Origin: Planctomycetota bacterium
Lineage (GTDB): Bacteria > Planctomycetota > SZUA-567 > H5-PLA8
Direction: 5' to 3'
Length of the DNA: 57,638 bases
NCBI GenBank assembly: GCA_045863855.1
Contig: BTVV01000032.1
Coordinates: forward strand, 1-57,638
Shown: one piece after another, positions 1 through 9,255 of the stretch
Position numbering within the stretch: position 1 is the first letter of the stretch
Layout: the number at the start of each line of letters is the position of its first letter
The notes under the pieces: model-generated
The model's input: the letters and a program-made list of their open reading frames with translations, nothing else
Databases searched by the model: none
What the model was told of the DNA's origin: nothing
Made by a program: the position numbers and the translations under genes

Positions 1-914
1 ACGCAGGCTTGGCCCAGCGCGTCCACGCGCTGCGCGCGGCGGGTGAGTTTGTTGAAGACCAGGTGCCGGTACTCGTTTTCTCCGTAGGGGCGTATCTTGA
101 GCAGAACCAAGTTCTCGAGCAGCGCGAAATGTATCTCGGCGTCATCGAGCGACTGGTCCGGATCGTCCACGGGCTCGGCGTAGATGCCCAACCCGCTTTC
201 GGTATTGTTTTCGACTTTAAGCGTCAGGTCGCCGCCCACGCACTCGACGAACACCTCGTCGTGAATCGCCACGTGCGGGTGCTTTCCGGCCACATGCATC
301 TCGCGTGTCGCGCGCGTCCACTCGAAATCGTGCTGAGGCGGCAGCACATACTCTCGCTCGCCGCGAGCGTCGAGGTAATGCACCGATCCGTCGGGTTTCA
401 GTGCCCAGCGGAAAACTTTAAGGTCCAGCGGCCCCTGTCCCGACTGAAACGCAAGCAGGAGATGCTTGCCCGTATTGCGCAGTTGGAGCAACTTCGCGGC
501 GCGGTAGTACTTGAAGAGCTCCTTAAAATCGCGCTCGAAGGCTGGATCGGCCAGGAAATCGGAGCCGCGCGCGTGGAATTCTTTGCCGTCGAAATCGAAG
601 ACTGAAAAGACGTCCGCGATCTCGGTTTCCTGCTTGAGCCCCAGGAAGACCTCATACCCCAGAATCAGCTTGGGACCGAGGTGAATCATGTCGCGAGGAA
701 CGCAGGCGTGCGAAGTGGCGATGCGCGCGCTTCCAACCAGCGCGGTGTCGCTGCCGCCGAAAACCTCTTTACGGCGGGTGTTGAGCGCTTCGATGCGTCC
801 GCGCAGTTCCTGTCCCGACCGAGCGAGCCGCTCGCGGAGCACCTCGTACGCGCCGCCGGCCAACGCGGCTTCGGGCGTGTTGGGGAGAGCGTCGTTGCGG
901 GGTTCGTCGGCCAT
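1..914 (-). CDS. DUF3686-type AAA 'DNA repair ATPase' family protein, N-terminal part (runs off the window start)
   Basis: Not in the ORF track because it has no stop in the window. Manual translation from ATG 914 (AGGA upstream): MADEPRNDALPNTPEAALAGGAYEVLRERL...LNTRRKEVFGG...HACVPRDMIHLG...FERDFKELFKYY...HPHVAIHDEVFVECVGGDLTLKVENNTESGLGIYAEPVDDPDQSLDDA. This resembles the N-terminus of the large ATPases found downstream of YqiK-like flotillins. Confidence 0.85.
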   Translation of the reverse strand, partial: MADEPRNDALPNTPEAALAGGAYEVLRERLARSGQELRGRIEALNTRRKEVFGGSDTALVGSARIATSHACVPRDMIHLGPKLILGYEVFLGLKQETEIADVFSVFDFDGKEFHARGSDFLADPAFERDFKELFKYYRAAKLLQLRNTGKHLLLAFQSGQGPLDLKVFRWALKPDGSVHYLDARGEREYVLPPQHDFEWTRATREMHVAGKHPHVAIHDEVFVECVGGDLTLKVENNTESGLGIYAEPVDDPDQSLDDAEIHFALLENLVLLKIRPYGENEYRHLVFNKLTRRAQRVDALGQAC

Positions 915-993
915 GAGCGGATTCCTGGAGCTGCGGCGGAGAACGCTTGCGGCGCGCGGCCTCTGGTGAGGGCCGGCCGCGCGCCGCTTGAAA

Positions 994-3081
994 CTAGGCG
1001 CTCGAAACCTCCAGGCTCTTCGCGCGATTCAACGCGCGCTGCAAGGACTTCTTCATCCCGTCGTCTTTGCTCTCCGCCATCAACTTCGCCAGCAGCGCGG
1101 TGACGGATAGGTTTTTCAGGTCTTCGGTGCCAAGGTTGCTCTTCGCAAAGACCTCCTTGAGATCCTCGACCAGGTCACCGTCCCCGTTGAGGTACGACTT
1201 GCCGAGTTTCTGCACGACTTGGCTGCGGTCCACGAAGGCATCCACGGCCTTCCCTCCGCTCACCGCGCCGACGAACTTCTCGAAGAAGGTCCCGTCGCCG
1301 CCCACGATGTCGATCTTCGCGTTCTTGAAGGCTTCGGCCATGATCCGAGCCTGACTCGCGACGATCTCCTTTCGCGCATCGATTTCGGCTAGCTCGACAT
1401 CCTTCTGCTTTTCGAGCTGCAATCGGAACTCTTCATGGTCGCGCGTCGAGTCATCCAGCGCCTTCATGGCTTCGGCTTTCTGGGTCAAACCTTCGGCCTC
1501 GGCCAACATGCCCTGCCGTGTACCTTCGGCATGCGCGAGCATCTTTTCGCGCGTTGCCACGGCTTCGGCCTGCCCCTTCTTATGGATGCCTTCGGCTTCG
1601 GCATCCACTTTCAGCTTCATGGCCTTGGCTTCCGCGGCGCCAACCTTCTCGATCGCGTTGGCGTCGGCTTCGCGGACCCGGACCTTCGCGAGCCCCTCGG
1701 CGGCCACTTCGGCCTGGACGCCTTCGGCCAGCTTCATCTTGGCTTGTGCGAGCTTCTCGGCCTTCACGAGTTCGGCCTGAGCCATAGTCAGTTCTTCGGC
1801 GGCCAAGTGCTTGGCGGCCTGCTCCTTCGCTTCCGCGGCCTTGATATCCTTGACCAGCGACTCCTGTGCGTGCTGTTCGGCGGCGGTGATCGCAACCTTC
1901 TTCTGCCGATCGGCGGTCATAAACGCCCGCGCATCCTTGATGCGTTCCTCTTCTTCCGCGACGCCCTTTTCGACGGCGACGCGCGCGCGGATTACGTCCT
2001 GGATGTTCTTGCGTTCCACCTCCAGCGCCTTTTCCTTTTCGATGCGCTGCAACTCCGTCTCGCGCTCGCGATCGATGATCTCCAGATCGCGTGCCTTCGT
2101 GACGCGTTCGTGCTCGATCGCCACCACGCGTTCGCGGCCTTTCGCAGCGACCTGCACCTGGCGTTCCTTGTTCTCGTTCGAGATTGCAATCTCCTCGTCG
2201 GCCTTGATGCGGGCCTGCTCGGCCCGGTTGCGTTCTTGCGCGACAATCACTTGAGCTTCGGCTTCCTCCCGTGCGCGGATCATCTCCACTTCCTTCTTCT
2301 GCTTGATCTCCGCTTCGGCCTGCTGCCGCTCCATTTCCAGGATCTTCTCGCGCGCGTCCACGTTTTGCTGCGTGATCACCTTGTCCTGGTTGCGGCGGAT
2401 CTCGTTGGCCTTCATGCGTTCGGCGGCAGTCAACTCCGTGATCTTCTTGATGCCTACCGCGTCGAGGATGTTGTTCTCGTCCAGGGATTCCAGCGGGGTC
2501 TGCTCCAGGTAATCGATGGCGGCGTCGGTGAGCACGTAGCCGTCGAGGTCTTGCCCGATAGTCTCGATGATCCGGTTGCGGAAGGTCTCGCGCTCCTTGT
2601 AGAGGTCCTCGAAGTCCATTTGCTTGCCGACGGTCTTGAGCGCCTCGGAGAACTTGGCGAGGAAGAGTTCTTCCAGCGTTTCCTGCTTGCTGGCGCGCGC
2701 GCAGCCGATGGTCTGGGCCACGTGGAGCACGTCCTTTTCGGTCTTGTTAACGCGCACGAAGAAGGTCACTTTGATGTCCGCACGGATGTTATCTTTGCAG
2801 ATCAAGCCGTCCTTGCTCCGGCGGTCAATCTCGATCGTCTTCACGGAGATGTCCATCACTTCACCCCGGTTGACGATCGGGTACACGACGCCGCCGGTGA
2901 AGGTAACGCGCGGCTCGCCGGTCATCGGGTTGACGATGAGCGCCTGCCCCTGGTCCACCTTGCGGTACCAGCTCAGCAGGAACTTGAAGATGCCCAGAAG
3001 AATCACCCCGCCGATGAACACCGCGGCGAGAATCAGCACCGTTCCCGGGCCGGGCATGCCGATATCGAATGCGAGCAACAT
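994..3081 (-). CDS. Flotillin/SPFH family protein (YqiK-like)
   Basis: N-terminal TM helix, SPFH domain (DGLICKDNIRADIKVTFFVRVN) and long EA/AE-rich coiled coil, ending in IDIVGGDGTFF. Start moved to ATG 3081, which follows a GGAGGAGGA RBS. Confidence 0.92.
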   Translation of the reverse strand: MLLAFDIGMPGPGTVLILAAVFIGGVILLGIFKFLLSWYRKVDQGQALIVNPMTGEPRVTFTGGVVYPIVNRGEVMDISVKTIEIDRRSKDGLICKDNIRADIKVTFFVRVNKTEKDVLHVAQTIGCARASKQETLEELFLAKFSEALKTVGKQMDFEDLYKERETFRNRIIETIGQDLDGYVLTDAAIDYLEQTPLESLDENNILDAVGIKKITELTAAERMKANEIRRNQDKVITQQNVDAREKILEMERQQAEAEIKQKKEVEMIRAREEAEAQVIVAQERNRAEQARIKADEEIAISNENKERQVQVAAKGRERVVAIEHERVTKARDLEIIDRERETELQRIEKEKALEVERKNIQDVIRARVAVEKGVAEEEERIKDARAFMTADRQKKVAITAAEQHAQESLVKDIKAAEAKEQAAKHLAAEELTMAQAELVKAEKLAQAKMKLAEGVQAEVAAEGLAKVRVREADANAIEKVGAAEAKAMKLKVDAEAEGIHKKGQAEAVATREKMLAHAEGTRQGMLAEAEGLTQKAEAMKALDDSTRDHEEFRLQLEKQKDVELAEIDARKEIVASQARIMAEAFKNAKIDIVGGDGTFFEKFVGAVSGGKAVDAFVDRSQVVQKLGKSYLNGDGDLVEDLKEVFAKSNLGTEDLKNLSVTALLAKLMAESKDDGMKKSLQRALNRAKSLEVSSA

Positions 3082-3128
3082 TTCGGGTCCTCCTCCCACC
3101 GGCCCGCGGGCCGGGATGCTTTATGGTG

Positions 3129-3956
3129 TCAGCTTCGCTCGCCCAGATGTTGGGCGGGCGGCGGCGCTTCTTTCGTCCAATCGGTTTCGATTTCGCCTTC
3201 GGCGGCGCGGGCTACGGCTTCGTGTTCCGGCGCCAACTCCCCGACCAGATAGGTCTGCGTCTTCGGATCGTAGCCTGCGATCACCGCATACTGTCCCTTG
3301 ACGAGCTTGTTCTCGTGGGCACAACGCACCGGAAGCACCAAGGGCGCGGCGTTGGTCTTAAGTTCGGCCTGCCCGAAGGTTCCTGTCACCTTCGCGGTCA
3401 GGATCGTGCAGACCTGCCCGATCAATGCCTGCTGCCCGTGAATCGTCTGATGCCTGAAGACACCGCGCAGCGGACGCGTGGCTAGTGCGCCGAGCGTCAG
3501 GCCGCCCAAACCGGCCAGCGCCAGGCAAGCCATGCCGGAAATTAGCCCCGCACCGAACGCGCCCAGCGCCGGCCGGCCGTACAGCTCCAGGAGCATGCTC
3601 CCGAACCAGGCCGCCAGGATTCCCACGCTTCCGACGATCGAGATCGGCACCTTGCCCACGTTCAGGAAATCGAAGATTGCACCGCCTAGGCCCTTGGCGC
3701 CGCCGGCTAGGTGCGCGCCGCTTGCGCCGTCTACATCGGCGTCCCCAGCCGCGTCCGGCGAGGCGTCCGCGCCGTCCACGTGCAAGTCGGCACCGCCCAC
3801 CTCCATATGCAGGTCCGTGCCCTCGGCATGGAAGTCCAGCGACTCGGTATCCACGCCGGCCATGAGGACCAATAGCCAGAAGAGCAGCACCAAGCCCAGC
3901 AGGCCGGTGAAGATCACCGTGGGAAAGTTCAGCGCCGCCTGGAAGAACTCCAGCAT
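3129..3956 (-). CDS. YqiJ-like membrane protein with C-terminal NfeD-type OB fold
   Basis: FPTVIFT plus TM helix, Asp/His-rich linker, LNVGKVPISIV, two more TMs, then LIGQVCTILTAKVTGTFGQAEL. Directly upstream of the flotillin. ATG 3956 follows GGAAGG. Confidence 0.85.
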   Translation of the reverse strand: MLEFFQAALNFPTVIFTGLLGLVLLFWLLVLMAGVDTESLDFHAEGTDLHMEVGGADLHVDGADASPDAAGDADVDGASGAHLAGGAKGLGGAIFDFLNVGKVPISIVGSVGILAAWFGSMLLELYGRPALGAFGAGLISGMACLALAGLGGLTLGALATRPLRGVFRHQTIHGQQALIGQVCTILTAKVTGTFGQAELKTNAAPLVLPVRCAHENKLVKGQYAVIAGYDPKTQTYLVGELAPEHEAVARAAEGEIETDWTKEAPPPAQHLGERS

Positions 3957-4231
3957 GCGGGACCCTTCCATAAAATACGGGCCGTAGGTACGGCGACTTC
4001 GATTCGCCCTGCGCGTTCGATTTCGCCGTGAAGATATTCAGGAGAGTGTCGAGTTTCTACTAATGTTCACATGTGATTTAGCATGCCCTAGTCGGAGCGG
4101 CCTGGAAATGGGGATAAATAGGAATCCGCCGAAAGGAAGCGGGGCATGATTTGAAGAGTGAGCCGATTGAACCGGCTCCGAGGCGCTTTACGAGGCGCCC
4201 ATACGCGAAGTTAAATGTTGCAAATCGCTCG

Positions 4232-7200
4232 TTACGGCGCAGCGATGGGCAGAGCCGGGTCGCCCAGCAGGCATTGGCCGTAGGCTTGATCGAAAATGGC
4301 CGCGGCTTCCGGATCGCCTTTGCGTTGCAAGAGCTGACCTTGCTTCCAAACCTCCGCCTGCGCGCGTTGCAGCGCTTCACCCCAAGTTCGTCCCGGCCGG
4401 ACCTCGCGGAAGAATGCACGGTCGAACTGAATCAGCGCATGCGGCGTCGTATAGCCCGAGGAACCGATGGAAGCCGCGATGCCGCCCTGCGCCTGGGTCA
4501 GCAGTTGCTCGGCCAGGGTGGCTAGAATCGCTTCGTCGTGGAGGAAGTAATTGAAGGTACAGGTGGCCGTGACCAGAACGCAGTTGCCCGTCCAGGCGGC
4601 GGCTTTGGCCGCGTTAAGCACGTTCTCTTTGGAGAGCTGCGAGCTGGCGCCGTGGCCGACGAACACGATGAGGTCCGTCCCGCCGTTGGCGGCCGTCTGC
4701 ATGGCCGTGGTCACTTCCGCGGCCGTGGAATGCGTGATACCCAAATACACTTTGTCCCAGTTCAGCGCCGGCGCGGCATTTTGAATTTGCTCGCAGCCCA
4801 ACTCGAAGTGGCCGGCTTCCGCGTCGTTACGATCGGCGACCAGCAGGCCCTGACCTCCGCTGTCGCCCTGCATGGGCGTGAAGTCGAGCGTGCGCTGTAC
4901 GGCCACATCCAATTCGGCGCTGGTGTTAACCGGAAAGCGTCCGACGGCGAGCTGCGGCCCGCGGCCGAAATCGCCGTAACGCGAATCGGCCGGCAACTCG
5001 GCAAAGCTGCTGGAAGAACTCAACACCGTGGGGCAGAGCGGATCGATCCCCGCCGGCGCCACGCGGTCGCGATAGTCGTGGGTCGTACGGCCCACGAGAC
5101 AAAGGAAGCGCAGGGAGCCGCGATTCGACGCGGCGGCGCGATAAATCCCGGCCGGACCGAAGCGTCCGTATCCGTAAGTGTCGAACAGGCGCTGCTGATC
5201 GACGAAGCTCGCCACAAGCCCTTCTTGATTGCGGCGCTCGATCAGCGGCGCGACGGAGGCCGCAAACGCCTGGGGCCCAACGGCGAGATACTTCAGCCCC
5301 TTCGGGAGCGGCTCCAGCCTGGCGGTGCTAAGCGCAACGGGGGCGGACTCGGCTCCGCTGGGGACCACCAAATACCCGTCGCCTTTGCCGGTTGGCTGAG
5401 CCACGAACCGCGCATGGAACGATCCGTCGAGTTGCTCGACCGCTTCGTACGGCACCAGCTTGGGTTTGGCGGGAACGCGCGCATCCACGACCCAAAGTTG
5501 TCCGGTCGTGAAGCCACGCAATTCGACCAGCCCGTTTACTCCGCCGGTGATCGCGACCGGCCCCGGTCCAAGCAGTGCCTTGCGATAATCGATCTCGATG
5601 CCGTAGAGGAACGAAAGCTGCGTCTCGACCCCGGCCAGTACGGGCGTTACCAGTTCCACCGTGTTGGGCGTCGACTCGTTAAGCAGGCCGGCCGGAATCT
5701 CCCAAGTCAGACGCAACATCCGTTCGGCGCCTTCCCATTGCGCCACGCCCAGCGGCGTGCCGTTCAGGGTCACCTGCAGCTCATGATCGGGGTCGGCGTC
5801 GTCGTCGAACGATTGGCTGTACACGACGACGGATAGTGTCGCGGCGGCGGCCGTCGCGTGAGGCGTCGCGAGCGCGAACGAATGGGTGCTGCCACCGGTC
5901 AGGAACTTATTGGAGAAGTAGGGCCTGAACGTGCGCGGCTTGCGGTTGAACTGAAAGTAAACCTCGTGAAATTCAAGCTCGGCATGACCGTCGGCTACGG
6001 TCGCGGGCGTCTGAGCGCTTTGAAACAGTCCGCGCGCCTGAAGCACCTTTCCGGTGGACGTACGACCGGCAATGGCCTCCAGGAAGAACGCGTCGCGCTC
6101 GGTGTACGCGTCGGTATACCCCGTTGCGTACAGTGCCAGCGCCCCGGTGTCCGCGTCGAGCGCCAGTGGGCGATACGGGCGGCCTTCGTACCAGACGCGC
6201 AGGTGCTCCGCAGAATACCCGAGCGGCAGGCTGGCGGGAGGAATCAGAACCACGCCCCGTCCTTGCGTCACCGCTTTGGCCACGTCCTTCGGCCGGTTGG
6301 AAGGCGGCACGAAACGACCGCCGAACGGCTCCGACGCATATGCCGGAAGATCGGTCACCGTTTGCGCGACTGCTCGAGCGGAAACGGCCGGCGCAAGATC
6401 CGGCTCTTCGTAGGCCGCTTCTTGAGTTTCGTGCGCGTTCGTCCGCGGGATCGCCAAATCCGAGATGCGCGCTCGGCTGAGCGTCTCGCGCGCGGCCGCC
6501 AGGCGCGTGAGCGCTCGATCTCCCTGATACGATCGGAAACCGCGCTCGATGCGATCCATCCACGCGTCCAAGCCTTCGGCGGTGGCCGAAGCCGTGTCTT
6601 CCGCGTTCCGCGTTACCTGCGGCGAAGCCTGCGCAAAGCGTTCCCGCTTCCCGTCCAAGCCGATCGTCTCGAGGGCATAGACGTACGTGCCGGGCGGGGC
6701 AAGGTCCAGCCAACGGTACGTGCGCGGCGCCGGGTTGCTGAGGCGCCCGGCCACCGGCTGCTCGGTTACGCGTTCCCAGCCCGACCGCGCCAAACCTTCG
6801 TCTTCGAAGAGCACCGCTTGGGGCAACGCGCGCTCCTCCTGACCCGCAGCGTTCGGATCGCACGTGCGCCGCCAAAGATGAAAACCGAGATTCTCGATCT
6901 CCGAGGCCACTCGCCATTCCACGAGGATTCCGCCGGCGTCGGCCCGAGCCTCGAGGCTCGTGATCGAAACCGGCAGCGTTCCGCCATTCATGTGAATAAT
7001 CGACTTGCTGTTGCCCTGAACGAGCACCTCGCCAATAGAAAGCGTGCCCGCGTTCAAGAAGACTTCCGCGTTTTGCTGCAGGTAAAAGGTTCCGTCCGTG
7101 CGGACGAGCCCGCCGTTGATGATCATGTCGGAATTGTTATCGACCGTGAAGTCGCCCACCGAGATGAACGTGCCGGAGGAGATTGTAAAGAGCGAGTTAT

Positions 7201-7732
7201 TGGAGCCCAGTGTGGTAGTCCCGCCAATCAAAACATTGCCGCTGAGCATGCGCATGACGCCATTCACGCCAAGGGTGAAGTTCCCTCCCACCGAAATGGT
7301 GTTGGTTCCCGTGCCGGCCAGCGCGAATCCCGGAGTCGTCGAACCGTTCACCACCCAGTTTCCGGTGACGGTCACATGGTTGTTCAGCGTCATCGTGCCC
7401 AGATAATTACTCATGGTCAGTGCGGCCAGATTGACGGGCACATTGACTACGACACTTCTGTTGTTGTTACTGAATGTGACGCTATCGCCGCTGGCGGGCA
7501 CCTGCCCGCCCACCCAATTGGCGGCGGTGCTCCAATTGGCGTTCGCGCCGGCGCCGCTCCAGGCAATGGTGGCCGCCCAGGCCGCATCTCCCGCGAGCAG
7601 TACGCTAAGTGTAAGCAGAAAGACTGTGGCGAATCGTGCGCGCGGCATCCGGGCCGGGCGTTCCGGATCGCCGGCTTGTGGAGCGGGGGGCTCCGCGGCG
7701 CCGCGGCCGGACTCGAGAACGTGATTGATCAT
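4232..7732 (-). CDS. Secreted C25 (gingipain-family) cysteine peptidase with N-terminal beta-helix-like passenger region
   Basis: Signal peptide ending AAWA (alternative start ATG 7648). WSGAGANANWSTAANW motif, Gly/Asn/Thr beta-helix repeats and an LPVSITSLEA...VEWRVASEIENLGFHLWR Ig-like module. C-terminal C25 motifs: LAVGRFPV, FVGHG (His), ATCTFNYF (Cys), LLGDPAL. Confidence 0.8.
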   Translation of the reverse strand: MINHVLESGRGAAEPPAPQAGDPERPARMPRARFATVFLLTLSVLLAGDAAWAATIAWSGAGANANWSTAANWVGGQVPASGDSVTFSNNNRSVVVNVPVNLAALTMSNYLGTMTLNNHVTVTGNWVVNGSTTPGFALAGTGTNTISVGGNFTLGVNGVMRMLSGNVLIGGTTTLGSNNSLFTISSGTFISVGDFTVDNNSDMIINGGLVRTDGTFYLQQNAEVFLNAGTLSIGEVLVQGNSKSIIHMNGGTLPVSITSLEARADAGGILVEWRVASEIENLGFHLWRRTCDPNAAGQEERALPQAVLFEDEGLARSGWERVTEQPVAGRLSNPAPRTYRWLDLAPPGTYVYALETIGLDGKRERFAQASPQVTRNAEDTASATAEGLDAWMDRIERGFRSYQGDRALTRLAAARETLSRARISDLAIPRTNAHETQEAAYEEPDLAPAVSARAVAQTVTDLPAYASEPFGGRFVPPSNRPKDVAKAVTQGRGVVLIPPASLPLGYSAEHLRVWYEGRPYRPLALDADTGALALYATGYTDAYTERDAFFLEAIAGRTSTGKVLQARGLFQSAQTPATVADGHAELEFHEVYFQFNRKPRTFRPYFSNKFLTGGSTHSFALATPHATAAAATLSVVVYSQSFDDDADPDHELQVTLNGTPLGVAQWEGAERMLRLTWEIPAGLLNESTPNTVELVTPVLAGVETQLSFLYGIEIDYRKALLGPGPVAITGGVNGLVELRGFTTGQLWVVDARVPAKPKLVPYEAVEQLDGSFHARFVAQPTGKGDGYLVVPSGAESAPVALSTARLEPLPKGLKYLAVGPQAFAASVAPLIERRNQEGLVASFVDQQRLFDTYGYGRFGPAGIYRAAASNRGSLRFLCLVGRTTHDYRDRVAPAGIDPLCPTVLSSSSSFAELPADSRYGDFGRGPQLAVGRFPVNTSAELDVAVQRTLDFTPMQGDSGGQGLLVADRNDAEAGHFELGCEQIQNAAPALNWDKVYLGITHSTAAEVTTAMQTAANGGTDLIVFVGHGASSQLSKENVLNAAKAAAWTGNCVLVTATCTFNYFLHDEAILATLAEQLLTQAQGGIAASIGSSGYTTPHALIQFDRAFFREVRPGRTWGEALQRAQAEVWKQGQLLQRKGDPEAAAIFDQAYGQCLLGDPALPIAAP

Positions 7733-7773
7733 ACGAGGAAGAGAAAGCCTCCGGATGCGGGTCGTGCGGCCGG

Positions 7774-9159
7774 TTAGCGCTTGACCAGAGACAGCGCGCT
7801 ATCCGCTTCGGCTTGCGCCGCCTGCCGCTCTTTGATGCGAAGGGTCTGATGCGCTTCGAAGACGGTTTTTCTCAGGTGGTCTTTCTCGCGCGTGCCCTGC
7901 TCGAGCCAGGACTTCCAGACGCCCGTGTAGGGCCCCAGATTACGCCCGTACGTTTCGACCAGGAGTCTGTGCGCCAGGCCGCGCACCGCGTAATCCCGGC
8001 TGTCCAGCAATTGCACCGCTTTAGGAACCAGGAGCAACTGCGGGCGGTCGACCAGTACGCGCAAGCAGGCGATCTGCACTCCCGGATCGCTCTCGCCCTG
8101 CAGCACGGTGGACAGCCGATCGATCGTAAGCGGGTTCTGGCTCAACCCTTCCACGCCCATGCGCCGAACTTCAGCAACCGGACTGATCAGCGCTTCGGAC
8201 AACATCATATGGTCGCCTTGCCCCGGCATGCGGACCAGAGCGGTAAGGTAGGGGACGAGATCTTCGCCGCGCTTGTCGCGCGCGATCCCGTCAAACAACT
8301 CGCGTATGCGTATGCGCAGCTTGTCGTTCGTGTCCAGCGCGACGAGCACGGCGGCGGCGCCTTGGCGGTCTTCCCCGCGTGCGCTCTGTAGCGCCGCGAA
8401 GGCCGGCTCCAGGTCAACGGGCTCGGCCGATTTCGCAAGCACGGCCCATAGCGCCGTTCGAAAGGCGGTATGGTCGGTCTGCGCCAGCTTCTCGCGCGCG
8501 AACGCTGCGGCGTCCGGCCCCCCCAAACGGCCTAAGGCATCCAGCAGCATGAGCTGAATGCGCGGCTCTTCCCGCTCGTATCGCGCCAGGATCGGGCGCA
8601 CGGCCCCGGTCGCATTCAGACGCGCCGCCGCGTCCGCCAGCCAAGTCACGGCCTCGGGTCCGCTGGACTCGACGAGCGCCGGTAAGCGCGGCGCGGCTTT
8701 GTCGCCCAGCGCGACGACGGCATCGAGCGCGGCGCGGCGTTCCGGCAATGAATTGCTGACGGTGAGGATCTCGGTGAGCTTATTCAAGCGTGCGATCGCT
8801 TCTTCCGGCGTAGCCACCGGCATGCGCAGTTCGGGCGGCAGGGCTTTTGTATCCGGCGCGTCGGCGTGCGGCGCGTTCGTTCCCGGCGCTCCGGTTTCCG
8901 CGGGCCGGGGCGGCACGTTCCACGCGGGGGTAGCTTGAGCCGCGGGCGCGGCAGGAGATGCGGACGCAGGCGAGGGGGCCGCCGCCGGAGCAGGCGCAGC
9001 CGAGCCGCCGGGCCAGAATGCGTATCCCAGCGCGCCGAGCAGCAGCAGCGAGCCGCCCGCCAGCGAAAGTCCGGAGGCTCCGCGACCGCCAGCCGCGGCG
9101 GACGCAGGCGCCGCGGAGCCGGGGCGAGCAGCCTTGTTCTTCTTGGGAAGGATGTACAC
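7774..9159 (-). CDS. Membrane-anchored HEAT-repeat protein
   Basis: GTG start with GGAG RBS. Basic N-terminus, single TM helix, Pro/Ala linker, then helical repeats (ERRAALDAVVALG, LLDALGRLGG, EVRRMGVEGL, LLDSRDYAVRGLAHRLL). Confidence 0.75.
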   Translation of the reverse strand: MYILPKKNKAARPGSAAPASAAAGGRGASGLSLAGGSLLLLGALGYAFWPGGSAAPAPAAAPSPASASPAAPAAQATPAWNVPPRPAETGAPGTNAPHADAPDTKALPPELRMPVATPEEAIARLNKLTEILTVSNSLPERRAALDAVVALGDKAAPRLPALVESSGPEAVTWLADAAARLNATGAVRPILARYEREEPRIQLMLLDALGRLGGPDAAAFAREKLAQTDHTAFRTALWAVLAKSAEPVDLEPAFAALQSARGEDRQGAAAVLVALDTNDKLRIRIRELFDGIARDKRGEDLVPYLTALVRMPGQGDHMMLSEALISPVAEVRRMGVEGLSQNPLTIDRLSTVLQGESDPGVQIACLRVLVDRPQLLLVPKAVQLLDSRDYAVRGLAHRLLVETYGRNLGPYTGVWKSWLEQGTREKDHLRKTVFEAHQTLRIKERQAAQAEADSALSLVKR

Positions 9160-9213
9160 GCGTCATCTCCAAAAGGAGGAGGGCCTAAACGGCCCTCGCG
9201 GCTTCGGTCGGAC

Positions 9214-9247
9214 AAAAAGGCGGCTCGCGGTCGCCCCGCGAGCCGCC
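9214..9247 (-). terminator. Intrinsic terminator after the pilin operon
   Basis: 12-bp stem GGCGGCTCGCGG/CCGCGAGCCGCC with a 5-nt loop, followed by T5 on the minus strand just after the 9256 stop. Confidence 0.8.
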
Positions 9248-9255
9248 CGATGGAT

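Noticed and set aside
9..605. 198-aa plus-strand ORF
   Set aside because: Antisense shadow of the minus-strand DUF3686-type gene, which has recognisable motifs and an RBS.
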